Below, one piece after another: positions 1 to 8,673 of a stretch of DNA of 64,000 nt. This stretch comes from a virus (lineage: Duplodnaviria; Heunggongvirae; Uroviricota; Caudoviricetes). The notes below the pieces were generated by a model that saw only the letters and a program-made list of their open reading frames with translations, did no database searches and was not told the origin of the DNA. Location of the stretch: the IMG/VR virus record IMGVR_UViG_3300036828_000615, positions 1 to 64,000 of that record; one strand, given 5' to 3'. The translations under genes were made by a program, and so were the position numbers. Every line of letters begins with the position of its first letter. Within the stretch, counting starts at the first letter, position 1.

Positions 1-123
1 GGCACAAACTGGGCACAGCGATGGAGCGGCCGGGTCGAAGTCATGGAGGGCAAAGCCGACGTTCATCGGGACATCGAGTACCTGCAACACATGATGCAGT
101 GGCCCACAGTCGACTTGTCGTAG
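1..123 (+). CDS. hypothetical protein, 3' fragment (the gene starts upstream of the window)
   Basis: Open frame runs from the window start to a TAG at 121-123. The encoded C-terminus (...GTNWAQRWSGRVEVMEGKADVHRDIEYLQHMMQWPTVDLS) is identical to the C-terminus of the next gene. Confidence 0.5.
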   Translation, partial: GTNWAQRWSGRVEVMEGKADVHRDIEYLQHMMQWPTVDLS

Positions 124-128
124 CGCAC
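1..128. repeat. direct repeat copy 1 (127 bp, perfect)
   Basis: nt 1-127 are identical to nt 283-409. The repeat covers the 3' end of a gene and its stop codon. The window begins with ggcacaaactgg, so copy 1 may extend further upstream. Confidence 0.9.
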
Positions 129-154
129 GATTATCAGTGAAAGGTGGACAGCGC

Positions 155-406
155 GTGAAAGAGACAGTTCGTATCTGGTCGCAGGACTACACCAAGGTGC
201 TTCTGACGACCGAGGACCGCGAAGCGGCCAAGCAGTTCGTCATCGACAGTGGGGAGAATTGGCTGCCCATCGTCATCGACTACGGCACAAACTGGGCACA
301 GCGATGGAGCGGCCGGGTCGAAGTCATGGAGGGCAAAGCCGACGTTCATCGGGACATCGAGTACCTGCAACACATGATGCAGTGGCCCACAGTCGACTTG
401 TCGTAG
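155..406 (+). CDS. hypothetical protein, paralogue of the upstream gene (last 40 aa identical)
   Basis: ORF 137..406. The likely start is GTG 155, preceded by aaaggtgg. The C-terminal 40 aa are encoded by the 127-bp repeat. Confidence 0.55.
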   Translation: MKETVRIWSQDYTKVLLTTEDREAAKQFVIDSGENWLPIVIDYGTNWAQRWSGRVEVMEGKADVHRDIEYLQHMMQWPTVDLS

Positions 407-410
407 CGCA
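283..410. repeat. direct repeat copy 2 (127 bp, perfect)
   Basis: Identical to nt 1-127. The two copies diverge after gtagcgca (cgattatcag vs acattatcgg). Confidence 0.9.
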
Positions 411-437
411 ACATTATCGGAGGACGGAGCAAAACAC

Positions 438-576
438 AGTGGGTTGGACGCGTTGCAGCACCTGCGCTCGGTGGTACCGGGCGTGGTGGTGGCACAAACG
501 GACGCTTGCCCACCGGCGGTGTTTGGAGGCCATCCTTGCGCGGCTGCGTATCGAAGGACGGAGCAGACATGAGTGA
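438..576 (+). CDS. small CxxC protein (45 aa)
   Basis: GTG start after the RBS ggaggacggag. Product GWTRCSTCARWYRAWWWHK... Its stop overlaps the start of the next gene. Confidence 0.35.
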
Positions 577-694
577 CAACTTCAAGACCAGCACAGTCCG
601 TGAGTGCGTTGACTGCGGATGCCCAAAAGTGCGTTGCGACGGATACGGGTACGGCGCAAAGTGCTGCCCAGACTGTAAGCACAACCCGAAATAA
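569..694 (+). CDS. small Cys-rich zinc-ribbon-like protein (41 aa)
   Basis: ATG 569 preceded by gaaggacggag. Product MSDNFKTSTVRECVDCGCPKVRCDGYGYGAKCCPDCKHNPK. Confidence 0.5.
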   Translation: MSDNFKTSTVRECVDCGCPKVRCDGYGYGAKCCPDCKHNPK

Positions 695-724
695 CGCTTT
701 GTTATCGGCATAGGAGGGAGCAGC

Positions 725-931
725 ATGCGCGGAGCAATGCAGTGGATTCGTGACCACTATCCGGTCCCCGCAGCCCGAGGGGTGCGAGTGACGTTTGACG
801 GCAGGCCAGGGCGAATTACCAGCGCAAATGCGGGGCACCTCATTCTGCACCTAGACGGTGACCCGCCTACGCGCCGCGTACGAGTTCACCCGTGCTGGCG
901 GATGCAGTACAACTACCCCGCCGAGACATGA
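725..931 (+). CDS. hypothetical protein (68 aa)
   Basis: RBS ggagggagcagcATG. Coding sequence with balanced composition. Confidence 0.6.
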   Translation: MRGAMQWIRDHYPVPAARGVRVTFDGRPGRITSANAGHLILHLDGDPPTRRVRVHPCWRMQYNYPAET

Positions 932-1080
932 TTACCTTTGAACCGGATTCGCCGTGGGAGGTTGGCCAAGTCGTGGTGTTCCGCGAAGCAGAGGAGCCGA
1001 TATACCGCAAGGTGGTCGTATCGGTCGAGCACTCTGACGACGGCACGGAGACGCAGTACCAGCTAGAAAACCCGACATAA
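928..1080 (+). CDS. hypothetical protein (about 50 aa)
   Basis: ATG 928 overlaps the previous stop. Acidic product MITFEPDSPWEVGQ... Confidence 0.45.
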   Translation: MITFEPDSPWEVGQVVVFREAEEPIYRKVVVSVEHSDDGTETQYQLENPT

Positions 1081-1216
1081 GGCCCTATTCTCGGCGTGCT
1101 TGTGGGCTAGGCGCGGCCCCGGCTTGTGGCCGGGGCCGCGTTCCCAGTATAGGGGGCGAACCGACACGCAGGCCGCGCGTCTGTGGATCTGAGCACACAC
1201 GCGCCATAATCGGCAC

Positions 1217-1747
1217 ATGGCCTCGGCGATGAGCTGGATCACCCCGCTCAACCTATCGCTGTTCGGTGTCGAAATTTGGACCACTAGCCGGGACGGTTAT
1301 CAGGTCTCGAATCTCGGCCACGTTCGTGGTGTCGACAGAGTCATCGTCCGCAAAAACGGGTCCCGAAATAAGTCGGTTGATGTAGCCCAGCCAATTCCCG
1401 GCCGGACCCTCGCTTTAACGAAGGACAGCGGCGGTTACTGGTGCGCTGGTTATCGACTCGGGCGCGTGCACGTCCTTATGGCCGAAGCATTTCTCGGGCC
1501 GCGCCCAAGTCCCAAGCACGGGGTCCTCCACGCGGACGACAACAAGGACCACAACCTGCTGTTCAATCTCCGCTACGGCACCCAGACCGACAACCTCAAT
1601 GACGCGCAGCGTAACGGGAAGCACCCGACGGGCAGTAAGAAACGCTGTAAACGGGATCACGATCTGACTGATCCTGCGAATGTCTACCGGATACCCTCGT
1701 CCGGCTCACGGCAATGCAGGCAATGCAGGAAGGAAGGGCGGCGATGA
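1217..1747 (+). CDS. HNH homing endonuclease (NUMOD4-like N-terminus plus HNH_3)
   Basis: Motifs GYQVSNLGHVRGV and HADDNKDHNLLFNLRYGTQTDNLNDAQRNGKH. Confidence 0.85.
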   Translation: MASAMSWITPLNLSLFGVEIWTTSRDGYQVSNLGHVRGVDRVIVRKNGSRNKSVDVAQPIPGRTLALTKDSGGYWCAGYRLGRVHVLMAEAFLGPRPSPKHGVLHADDNKDHNLLFNLRYGTQTDNLNDAQRNGKHPTGSKKRCKRDHDLTDPANVYRIPSSGSRQCRQCRKEGRR

Positions 1748-1944
1748 CGACAGCGCCGATCGAGCCGCGAGAGTCGAACTGGGTCGGCTGCGCCATCTGT
1801 TTGAACCTGCGCGGTGAGCGTGTGCGCGCTCAAGTAACTGTCAACGGCCTGTCGGTCTGCGTTGACCACGCTCCGCTGGCGGCGCGGCCCGGCTTCGACA
1901 TCGGCCGCATCCGCGGTGGCACCACTAGATCCGAGCCGCTGTGA
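1744..1944 (+). CDS. hypothetical protein with CxxC motif
   Basis: ATGA overlap with the HNH stop. Product contains NWVGCAICLNLRGERV. Confidence 0.4.
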   Translation: MTTAPIEPRESNWVGCAICLNLRGERVRAQVTVNGLSVCVDHAPLAARPGFDIGRIRGGTTRSEPL

Positions 1945-2348
1945 GCGCCTCCGACGAGACCGCCGACCCGGGACCCGAGTCCGTGGAATCGCCTGCGCCC
2001 GTCGAGACGCCGGTGGCCACGATCAGCCAGCACGACGAGTGGCACCTGGTCCGCTACGGGAGCTGGGAGATCAGCGTCGGACCCGACGGCGTGCTGCGCC
2101 TTCCCGGCTACCTGCATCCGCGCGAGGTCGCCGACTTCATCGCCGCCGCCACCGCCGCCGCCGAGCTGGGCGTGCATCTGGCCGCCGCGTTCGCCGCCGC
2201 CCTAGAGGCCGGCGACAAAACCCCGGTGCCCTCCGGCGTGGTCATCACCGAGCGCGGGAGCCCGCCGCCGGGCGGGACAGTGTCGCTGGCCGCCGTCCCC
2301 CGCTCCGTCATCGGGCGCCCGCGCACCGTCCCGCGGCGCGTCTCGTGA
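1941..2348 (+). CDS. hypothetical protein (135 aa, Ala-rich C-terminus)
   Basis: GTGA overlap with the upstream stop. Confidence 0.5.
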   Translation: MSASDETADPGPESVESPAPVETPVATISQHDEWHLVRYGSWEISVGPDGVLRLPGYLHPREVADFIAAATAAAELGVHLAAAFAAALEAGDKTPVPSGVVITERGSPPPGGTVSLAAVPRSVIGRPRTVPRRVS

Positions 2349-2392
2349 TACCGGGCGCTTCCCAAGTCACCGCCCCACAACCAAGGAGCACG

Positions 2393-2698
2393 ATGACCGC
2401 ACGCAAGACCCCTGCCAAGCAGGTCCCCCGCTCCGCGCCGGTCCGGGTGGAGATCCGCGTCGCCGGGCGCATCCGCTTCGCCGACGACGTCTACGAGCCG
2501 CAGGTGGACATCACCGACGACACGGTGAGCTGGTCGGCCGACCGTAAGCCGACGATGGTGGACGAACTCCCGCCGGCGCGCCCGCCCACCCGGTTCATCG
2601 ACCAGGACGATCCCCGTGACGGTGAGGAGATCATCCAGAAGGTGCACTCCGGGCGGCGCGACCTGCCACCGGAACCGAAGGAGTCCGACGATGACTAG
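2393..2698 (+). CDS. hypothetical protein (101 aa)
   Basis: RBS aaggagcacgATG. The same 16-nt RBS-plus-start string recurs at 9477. Confidence 0.6.
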   Translation: MTARKTPAKQVPRSAPVRVEIRVAGRIRFADDVYEPQVDITDDTVSWSADRKPTMVDELPPARPPTRFIDQDDPRDGEEIIQKVHSGRRDLPPEPKESDDD

Positions 2699-3566
2699 CC
2701 TGACGTTCTTTGAAGTGACAGGAACCTACTTCGCCGTGGCCGATCCCGCTGTCTCGGGCACCATCAACGACCCGATCGTGCAGGCGGTGTCGGGCCTGGT
2801 GAGCTTCACCCCGCGGCTGCCGGTCGGCTTCCAGGGACTGGTCGCCGGCTACGAGGTGCAGGCCGCCTACAACGCCGAGCAGACCGTGTCCATCATCGGC
2901 AACGCGGTGCAGGGCACCTGGACGCTGACCTTCGGCAACGCGACCACCACCACGCTGCAGTACAACGCGAGTCCGTCCACCGTGGCCTCCGCACTGGCCG
3001 CGCTGCCCACGATCGGCGCCGGCAACGTCACCGTGGTCGCCGACGTCAACCCGCAGGCGTACCAGGTGCGCTTCGGCGGCACGCTGGCCGGAACCTCGCT
3101 CGACACCATGATCGCCAACTGGTCGAACCTGACTGACGCCAACGGCTACGACTGCGAGATCACCGTGGCGGCCACCGCGCAGGGCGGCCCGCAGATCATC
3201 GCCGACACGTCGGTCTCCATCCCGGTGCGCTCCGCGCGGATCTGGAACGGCGTGCTCTCCACCATCGACTACGTCGACAGCCCTGGGGTGATGCTGACCG
3301 CCGACATCCCCGCGCTGAACATCCCGGCCGCCTACGAACCGCTGATCTACGACGTGGCCTACTCCGCGGTGACCTTCAACGGCGAGTCCCAGACGCTGGC
3401 CAACGTCGCATTCCAGGCCCCCATGGACGCCACGCCCGTCTGCATCACCTCACCGAGCGCGGGGTTACTCAATTGGCAGAAACCGATCACCGATATCTGG
3501 ACGCCGCAGGCGCCCGCGACACTGGCGGTCGTCAACTGGCGTGCCCGCGCCGGCGCCGTCGCATGA
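2692..3566 (+). CDS. hypothetical protein (291 aa) sharing a roughly 70-aa domain with the protein at 24048..24797
   Basis: ATGA overlap. Shared motif: WTLTFGNATTTTLQYNASPSTVASALAALPTIGAGNVTVV...VRFGGTLAG here, versus WTLSFGADTTPAFVKNPSADAVQAALEALESIGVGNVVVT...VAFQGALG in the paralogue. Confidence 0.65.
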
Positions 3567-3694
3567 GCGTGGTCCACTTCGACGAGCCGTTGCACGACGT
3601 GCTGTTCGACAAGGACGGGCTGGCCACGATGGCGACCCGCTTCGTCGACACCATCTGGTGTAAGACCGCGACTGTGAAGCCGGAGTACCTGTGA
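3563..3694 (+). CDS. small hypothetical protein (43 aa)
   Basis: ATGA overlap with the upstream stop. Confidence 0.4.
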   Translation: MSVVHFDEPLHDVLFDKDGLATMATRFVDTIWCKTATVKPEYL

Positions 3695-3846
3695 GCCATA
3701 CCTGCCCCGTTCGGGTACGCGGCATCCGCGCTGATGGTCGGCCAGGGCGCCGGATCCGACCACCACCCGACTACATCTGGCGCTGCCCTGAATGCGCGCA
3801 GGGCTGGCACTACACCGCCGAGGAAGGTTGGCAGAAAATACCGTGA
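3691..3846 (+). CDS. small zinc-ribbon protein (51 aa)
   Basis: GTG start overlapping the upstream stop. Product has C...C...CPEC. Its TGA overlaps the GTG of the next gene (GTGA). Confidence 0.4.
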   Translation: MSHTCPVRVRGIRADGRPGRRIRPPPDYIWRCPECAQGWHYTAEEGWQKIP

Positions 3847-4325
3847 GCGACATCTTCGAGGACACCCCGGAGACCGACGAGTCCATCGCCTGGGTCAAGC
3901 GACCGGTCAACACCCGTACCATCCGGTCGACCCATGAGTACAAGACCGCACGCGAGCAGTACCGGCTGAAGTGTTCCGTGCACCGCCAGCCCGATGGAAC
4001 CAAGGGCGATCCGTGTGTGATTTGCGGCGAGCGTGTGGACTACAACCTCAGATATCCCCACCCGTTCTCCTGGTCGCTCGAGCATTTGATCTCTGTCAAG
4101 GACCGTCCTGATCTACTGCTCGACGAGAACAACTGGGCCAGTGCCCATTTCGGGTGCAACTCCATGAAGGGCGATGAGGAGTTGGTGCCAGATACTGGGT
4201 CGCCCTCCGAGCTGTGGATCTGGTTACCTCTGGTAACATCTGGTAGTTTTTGGCTATGGAACATGCTGCTGAGCAATGGCGCGGTGTCGTTGGCAGGGAA
4301 GATTATTACGAGGTCAGTAGCTTAG
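3843..4325 (+). CDS. HNH-family nuclease-like protein
   Basis: Motifs CVICGERVDYN...SLEHLISVKD...NWASAHFGCNSMKG. The start is uncertain (GTG 3843 or ATG 3792). Confidence 0.5.
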   Translation: MSDIFEDTPETDESIAWVKRPVNTRTIRSTHEYKTAREQYRLKCSVHRQPDGTKGDPCVICGERVDYNLRYPHPFSWSLEHLISVKDRPDLLLDENNWASAHFGCNSMKGDEELVPDTGSPSELWIWLPLVTSGSFWLWNMLLSNGAVSLAGKIITRSVA

Positions 4326-5014
4326 GGCGCGTCCGATCGGTGTCGCGCACTATCCATCGCCGTGCACGGAATTACGCCCAGAACGGGCGGGTTGTAGTCC
4401 AGTATCTTCCCTCTGTTGTGATGGCTCAGCCGCCAGATGAACAGGGACGCCCTTGTATAACCCTGAAAGCCGGCGGCCCGATGGTGCACACGCGTGTTTG
4501 CCGTCTCGTGGCCGAGGCTTTTCTAGGCCCTGCTCCTGACGGAACAGAGGTCTGCCATTTTCCCGACCGCAGTGTTATGAACAACCGCGTCGAGAACCTG
4601 CGTTGGGATACCCGCCACGAAAATAACCTCGACCAGGTCCGGCATGGAACTCACCGCAACGCCAGGAAGGCAAGATGTAAATTTGGCCATCCTTTTGACG
4701 GTGTCACGAAGGATGGCCGGCGGTTCTGTCGCAGATGCGCCGCAGATAAGGACCTAGAGAGGCGCGCCCTCCGTAATCACTTGCTGCGCGTGCAACGGCG
4801 ACGCGGTAAACCGTCACAGTGCGAACGCTGCGGCCGCACTGCACCGGGACGATACGAGTGGGTCAACATGACAGGAGATCTCCTCAAGGATGAGGACTAT
4901 GTCCGGATGTGCGCGGCGTGTCACCGCTCCTTTGACCGCGAGCGCAACGGTGTTGATGAGACTCTGGAACCAAAGCGCGAAAAATGGAGGGCTTACTACT
5001 ATGCCCGGCAGTGA
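4250..5014 (+). CDS. HNH homing endonuclease (NUMOD4 plus HNH_3)
   Basis: Motifs YYEVSSLGRVRS and HFPDRSVMNNRVENLRWDTRHENNLDQ. The C-terminus is Cys-rich. Confidence 0.8.
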   Translation: MAMEHAAEQWRGVVGREDYYEVSSLGRVRSVSRTIHRRARNYAQNGRVVVQYLPSVVMAQPPDEQGRPCITLKAGGPMVHTRVCRLVAEAFLGPAPDGTEVCHFPDRSVMNNRVENLRWDTRHENNLDQVRHGTHRNARKARCKFGHPFDGVTKDGRRFCRRCAADKDLERRALRNHLLRVQRRRGKPSQCERCGRTAPGRYEWVNMTGDLLKDEDYVRMCAACHRSFDRERNGVDETLEPKREKWRAYYYARQ

Positions 5015-5022
5015 GGAATGAA

Positions 5023-5292
5023 ATGCCCTGGGACGTCGTCAAGGATGACAGCCGCTGCCCCGCCTCCGCGCCGTTCGCCGTGGTCGGCGGCGACGGCGGG
5101 GGCAACAAGCTGTTCGGCTGCCACGCCACCGCGGACTCGGCGCGCCAGCAGCAGAAGGCGCTCTACGCCGCCACCGAGGACGAGCCGGGCCGCACGGGTC
5201 TGACCCCGGATAAGGCCGGAGAACGTGCTGGTGGAACAGGTATGCCGGCGCCCGTGCTGCCCGTCTCCCTGCCGATGACGATCGCGTGGTGA
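5023..5292 (+). CDS. hypothetical protein (89 aa)
   Basis: RBS gaggaatgaaATG. Confidence 0.5.
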   Translation: MPWDVVKDDSRCPASAPFAVVGGDGGGNKLFGCHATADSARQQQKALYAATEDEPGRTGLTPDKAGERAGGTGMPAPVLPVSLPMTIAW

Positions 5293-5531
5293 TACGCGGG
5301 TTCGTCCTCGACCGCGACGAGGACATCAGCGGCGTCAGTGGGACGGGCATCATCGCCGAAGGTGTGGTGTTCTCCGACGGCACCGCCGTGCTGCGCTGGA
5401 CCTGTGAACACACGTCGACCGCCATCTACGACAGCGTCGAGGAACTCATGGCCATCCACGGCCACGGCGGTACTACCCGGCTGCAGTTCCTCGACCGCCC
5501 TGGACGATCTTCACCGTCAGCTCCCGACTGA
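5286..5531 (+). CDS. hypothetical protein (81 aa)
   Basis: GTG start overlapping the upstream stop. Its 3' end overlaps the convergent gene 5473..5688 by 59 nt. Confidence 0.45.
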   Translation: MVIRGFVLDRDEDISGVSGTGIIAEGVVFSDGTAVLRWTCEHTSTAIYDSVEELMAIHGHGGTTRLQFLDRPGRSSPSAPD

Positions 5532-5688
5532 TCCCCACCTGTTTCGCCAGGGTGGTGTAGGAGTAGTCGCCGCTCGCGTAGAGCTGGCAGATCGCCCGGT
5601 CCCGCTGCGCACGGTAATGGCCCGCGAGGTGCACGTGCTCGGAAACTTTCCGGTGACATTCGCGGGCCTGAGCAACGAGACTATCCAT
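5473..5688 (-). CDS. small sigma-70 region-4-like HTH DNA-binding protein (71 aa)
   Basis: Motif YSYTTLAKQVGISRELTVKIVQ. ATGA overlap with the upstream HNH gene. This is the last gene of the minus-strand Ro60 operon. Confidence 0.5.
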   Translation of the reverse strand: MDSLVAQARECHRKVSEHVHLAGHYRAQRDRAICQLYASGDYSYTTLAKQVGISRELTVKIVQGGRGTAAG

Positions 5689-6215
5689 CAGCGCCCCAGA
5701 TGCTGCTCCACAGCGAGCCGAGCAGCGGCTTCCGTTAAATAACTGCCGAGATAGAGCTTCGGTTTGGGGATCGTCACGAATGCATACCATCGGTCAGTGC
5801 GACCAGTTCGCTTGTAGCGATAGACCGTCCACCCTACCGAGTGACCGTCGAATGATTCGTGACATGGCTTGCAGCGCGGCTGGTAATACTGCGGGTCCGC
5901 GCTGTATCGCTTGCCCTCCTCGATTAACTCATTGAGATCGCTGTGGTCATAAGACCATTCGAGCGCCAGGCCACCACAATCAACACAGAGGTGGAGGGTG
6001 GCGTTGCCGCGTTCCCTTCTCACTCTGACGTGAGCGCCGTTGTACCCGATGTTGTCTCCGCGCCATTGCGAATGTTCGACACCGCGCGGCAGTGGCCGCT
6101 TTTCGATCGAACCGTGCTTGCGTATTCGCAGATAGTGCATCTGGCAGTATCCGCCCACATGAACGCGTTTCGAGCACCCCTCTACGCGACAGATAGACGG
6201 CCACTTCCAACCCAT
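5688..6215 (-). CDS. HNH endonuclease with zinc-finger and AP2-like domain
   Basis: Motifs CRVEGCSKRVHVGGYCQMHYLRIRKHG and WYAFVTIPKPKLYLGSYLTEAAARLAVEQH. ATGA overlap with rsr. Confidence 0.8.
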   Translation of the reverse strand: MGWKWPSICRVEGCSKRVHVGGYCQMHYLRIRKHGSIEKRPLPRGVEHSQWRGDNIGYNGAHVRVRRERGNATLHLCVDCGGLALEWSYDHSDLNELIEEGKRYSADPQYYQPRCKPCHESFDGHSVGWTVYRYKRTGRTDRWYAFVTIPKPKLYLGSYLTEAAARLAVEQHLGR

Positions 6216-7913
6216 CAGATTCGTCCACCTGCGAAATCCGAAAGAACGGCCGGTACGTTGGCGTCGAAGCCCGCTATGTCCATCTGCGATGGATCTGTCA
6301 TGTCGGCGATAGACGTGCCGGTCGCGGTGATTGATACGACCGCGAACTTAACGTCGTGGCCGACAAATTCCCGATACGTCTTCAAAGACTGATGTGGATG
6401 GATTTGTCCGAACCAAGTTTCATTGTCGGTATAAATTTGGATCGCGCCGACGTCCAGCTTGTTCTGCATCGCCCACAGCATCGGCAACGCGCAGTCCGTA
6501 CGCCCGAAGCCCAGCGCCGCCATGTAGGAGCACACGTCGTCCAGGCGCCGACGCGGCGTGATGTCCAGCCGACTCGCCACGGAATTGCCGCTCATCCAGC
6601 CGCCGTACCCACCGTGGGAACGCCCGTCGGAGAAGCCGATCACGTCGGCGCCTTTCTCCACGTTGAGCGTCACCAGGCTCATCGCGGCACAGACCTCCCG
6701 GCAGGAGAGCGGCAGGCCCGAGGCCGGGGAGCCCATCGACCCGCTCACGTCCAGCGCCAGCAGCATCGGCACGCCCGAGGGTTCGACCGCGCCGTAGGAC
6801 AGGTAGAAGCCGGTATCCAACGCGTCGGTGATGCGCGGCGTGGGCGTCCAGGTGGAATCGCCGGTCACGCTGCGCCCCGAGGCGTAGGTGCGCTGGGCCA
6901 CCAGCACGTTGATCGGATGGATGCGCCCGCGCTTGAGCGCCGCCGCATCGGTCAGCTGGTTGGCTACCACCAGGCCGACCTTGGAGGTGGTCAGCCCCAG
7001 CCGGGTCAGCCGGGGCAACTGGCGCATCAGCGCCGTGGCCGGCAGTCCCTTGGCGATCAGCGCGTCCCAGATGTCGGGCTCGTTGACCAGCCGGTCGGGC
7101 AGCATCTCCCACGACACGTCGTGGGCGGTGATCAGCCGCACCGCGCCCGCCTTGGTCGCGGTCTGCAGCTCGATGAACGCACTGACCAGATCCGGCAGCG
7201 CCGTGTCGCTCTCGGAGAGCCAGGTCCGGTAGTGCTTCTCCCGGTGACCGGCGTTGACCCGCGCGACCCGCTCGTCGTCGCGCCCGGTCATGGTGTCCAC
7301 GATGTAGCGGTAGAGATTGTCGCGCAGTTGATCGTTGGGTGCCGGGTGGCTCAGCGCCAGCAGGTCGGCGTGGCGCCAGCCCTCGCGCTGGCGGTACTTG
7401 AGGATCTGATACGCCAGCTTGTCCACGGCGCGCCCGTTGTACCAGCCCGCGACGGCGCGCTTGAGCCCGCGGCCCCAGCCACGGAACTGCTCGACGTAGG
7501 ACGCGAACAGATACATGTGCGTGCCGGTGCGGATCACCTGCGGCAGCGCCCCCAGCGCGTAGGCGCGCCCGGCGTCATCGGCCATCGAGGCCGCGATCGC
7601 CAGCGCGAAGATGGCAGGGTTGGCCCGCGGGGCGCGACCGGCCACGGAGATCTCGGTGATCAGGTCCACCAGGGCGACCGGGTCGGTCTGCGCCAGGTTG
7701 ACGACGACCTCGGCGTTCTCCCGCGTCAGCTGGGGGGCCTTGGTGTAGTACGTTCCGCCGGAACTTCCAAGGACGATGAACCGACGCGCGCGTGCCATGT
7801 CGTCGATGGCGAACACATGGCCGCCGGCGGCGTTCTTCACCGTGGCGCCGCCGGCAGGCTGCGACTGCGGCGTGGAGCGGGTGGAAAATCCCTTCAGTAC
7901 GTCGGGCATATGT
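6215..7913 (-). CDS. rsr: Ro60/Rsr orthologue (TROVE domain plus C-terminal vWA domain)
   Basis: The N-terminus MPDVLKGF...FIVLGSSGGTYYTKAPQLTRENAEVV...VAGRAPRANPAIFALAIA matches Ro60 (human FLCFGSEGGTYY...QEGRTTKQEPMLFALAIC). The vWA motif LALDVSGSMGS is present. RBS aaggagatacATATG. The start is at 7913 rather than the track's 8014. Confidence 0.9.
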
Positions 7914-7932
7914 ATCTCCTTTGTATTTAGTT

Positions 7933-8009
7933 GGGACGCGAGCGAAGTAGTAACGGACCGGATGGTTTTCCATGCAAGGGAGATAACCGATCTGTAATCG
8001 GCTCGCGAC
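7933..8009 (-). ncRNA. Y-RNA-like ncRNA unit 6 (stem only, about 77 nt)
   Basis: Terminal stem CGCGAGC...GCUCGCG. Carries the 5' motif CCGAUUACAGAUCGGUUAUCUCCC and the 3' motif GGUCCGUUACUACUUCGCUCGCG. Its 3' end lies about 19 nt upstream of the rsr start. Confidence 0.55.
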
Positions 8010-8020
8010 AACATCTCTAG

Positions 8021-8157
8021 GGTGACGAGCGAAGTGTTGCGACCGCGATTTAGTTGCTCTGCCAGGCTGAGCTACACCCCGGCCAGGCCGAGGTGACGGG
8101 ATTTGAACCCGCGACCCACTCCTCCACAAGGTAAGCGACCGCATCCGGCTCGTCACC
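8021..8157 (-). ncRNA. Y-RNA-like ncRNA unit 5 with tRNA-like module
   Basis: Terminal stem GGUGACGAGC...GCUCGUCACC. Interior has a T-arm GUCGCGGGUUCAAAUCCCGUCACC and a D-arm-like GGGGUGUAGCUCAGCCUGGCAGAGC. Confidence 0.6.
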
Positions 8158-8167
8158 GAAGTCTGAA

Positions 8168-8240
8168 GGTTGCGAACGAAAGGCGACGACCGCCCGTTTA
8201 CGATTAACAGTCGATAAGCGATCCTCATCGGCTCGCAACC
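8168..8240 (-). ncRNA. Y-RNA-like ncRNA unit 4 (about 73 nt)
   Basis: Terminal stem GGUUGCGA...UCGCAACC with motifs CGAUGAGGAUCGCUUAUCGAC and CUUUCGUUCGC. Confidence 0.5.
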
Positions 8241-8249
8241 AATGTCTGG

Positions 8250-8376
8250 GGCCTGAGCGAAGGATGAGGCTCCGGAGAAACCGGGGCTTCGGTCCCGGCT
8301 GGAGGGTTCTTCTGCCCTCCCGATACTTCGGCCTTGCGGCCTGGCGAAGATAACCGAAATCTCGACGGCTCAGACC
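8250..8376 (-). ncRNA. Y-RNA-like ncRNA unit 3
   Basis: Terminal stem GGUCUGAGCC...GCUCAGGCC with motifs GAUUUCGGUUAUCUUCGCC and CAUCCUUCGCUCAG. Three internal hairpins. Confidence 0.5.
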
Positions 8377-8389
8377 GTCAATGCTTGAG

Positions 8390-8528
8390 GTGGGAAGCGA
8401 AGTAGTTGACGGCCCGAAAGTGCCTTAGGCCACTTGGCTACGCGGCAGGATTGGTTACCTGGCCGCGACGGGATTCGAACCCGCGTTCTCTTTTCTGGGA
8501 GATAACGGACCATCGGCCGGCTCCCCAC
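8390..8528 (-). ncRNA. Y-RNA-like ncRNA unit 2 with tRNA-like module
   Basis: Terminal stem GUGGGGAGC...GCUUCCCAC. Motif GAUGGUCCGUUAUCUCCC. T-arm GCGGGUUCGAAUCCCGU, acceptor-like CGCGGCC, and D-arm-like GUAGCCAAGUGGCCUAAGGC. Confidence 0.6.
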
Positions 8529-8542
8529 CATGAAATCTTTCA

Positions 8543-8673
8543 GGACGCGAGCGAAGTGATGACCACCGGGTTGCCGCCTCGCGGCGGCGCTCTTTATACC
8601 GGCCGAGGCCGGCACTTGGGATCGAACCAAGGTAACCATGTTGAGGTAACCGATGCTCGGACGGCTCGCGTCC
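8543..8673 (-). ncRNA. Y-RNA-like ncRNA unit 1 with T-arm-like hairpin
   Basis: Terminal stem GGACGCGAGC...GCUCGCGUCC. Motif CAUCGGUUACCUC. Hairpin CUUGGUUCGAUCCCAAG. Confidence 0.55.

Noticed and set aside
6356-7930. 524-aa plus-strand ORF antisense to rsr, and similar long Arg/Gly/Pro-rich ORFs elsewhere (18020..19480 -, 24006..25121 +, 41716..43365 +, 62156..63097 -, 1862..2698 +)
   Set aside because: Their composition is typical of out-of-frame or antisense reading of high-GC coding DNA. Each overlaps a well-supported gene on the other strand or frame, and none has an RBS or recognisable motif.
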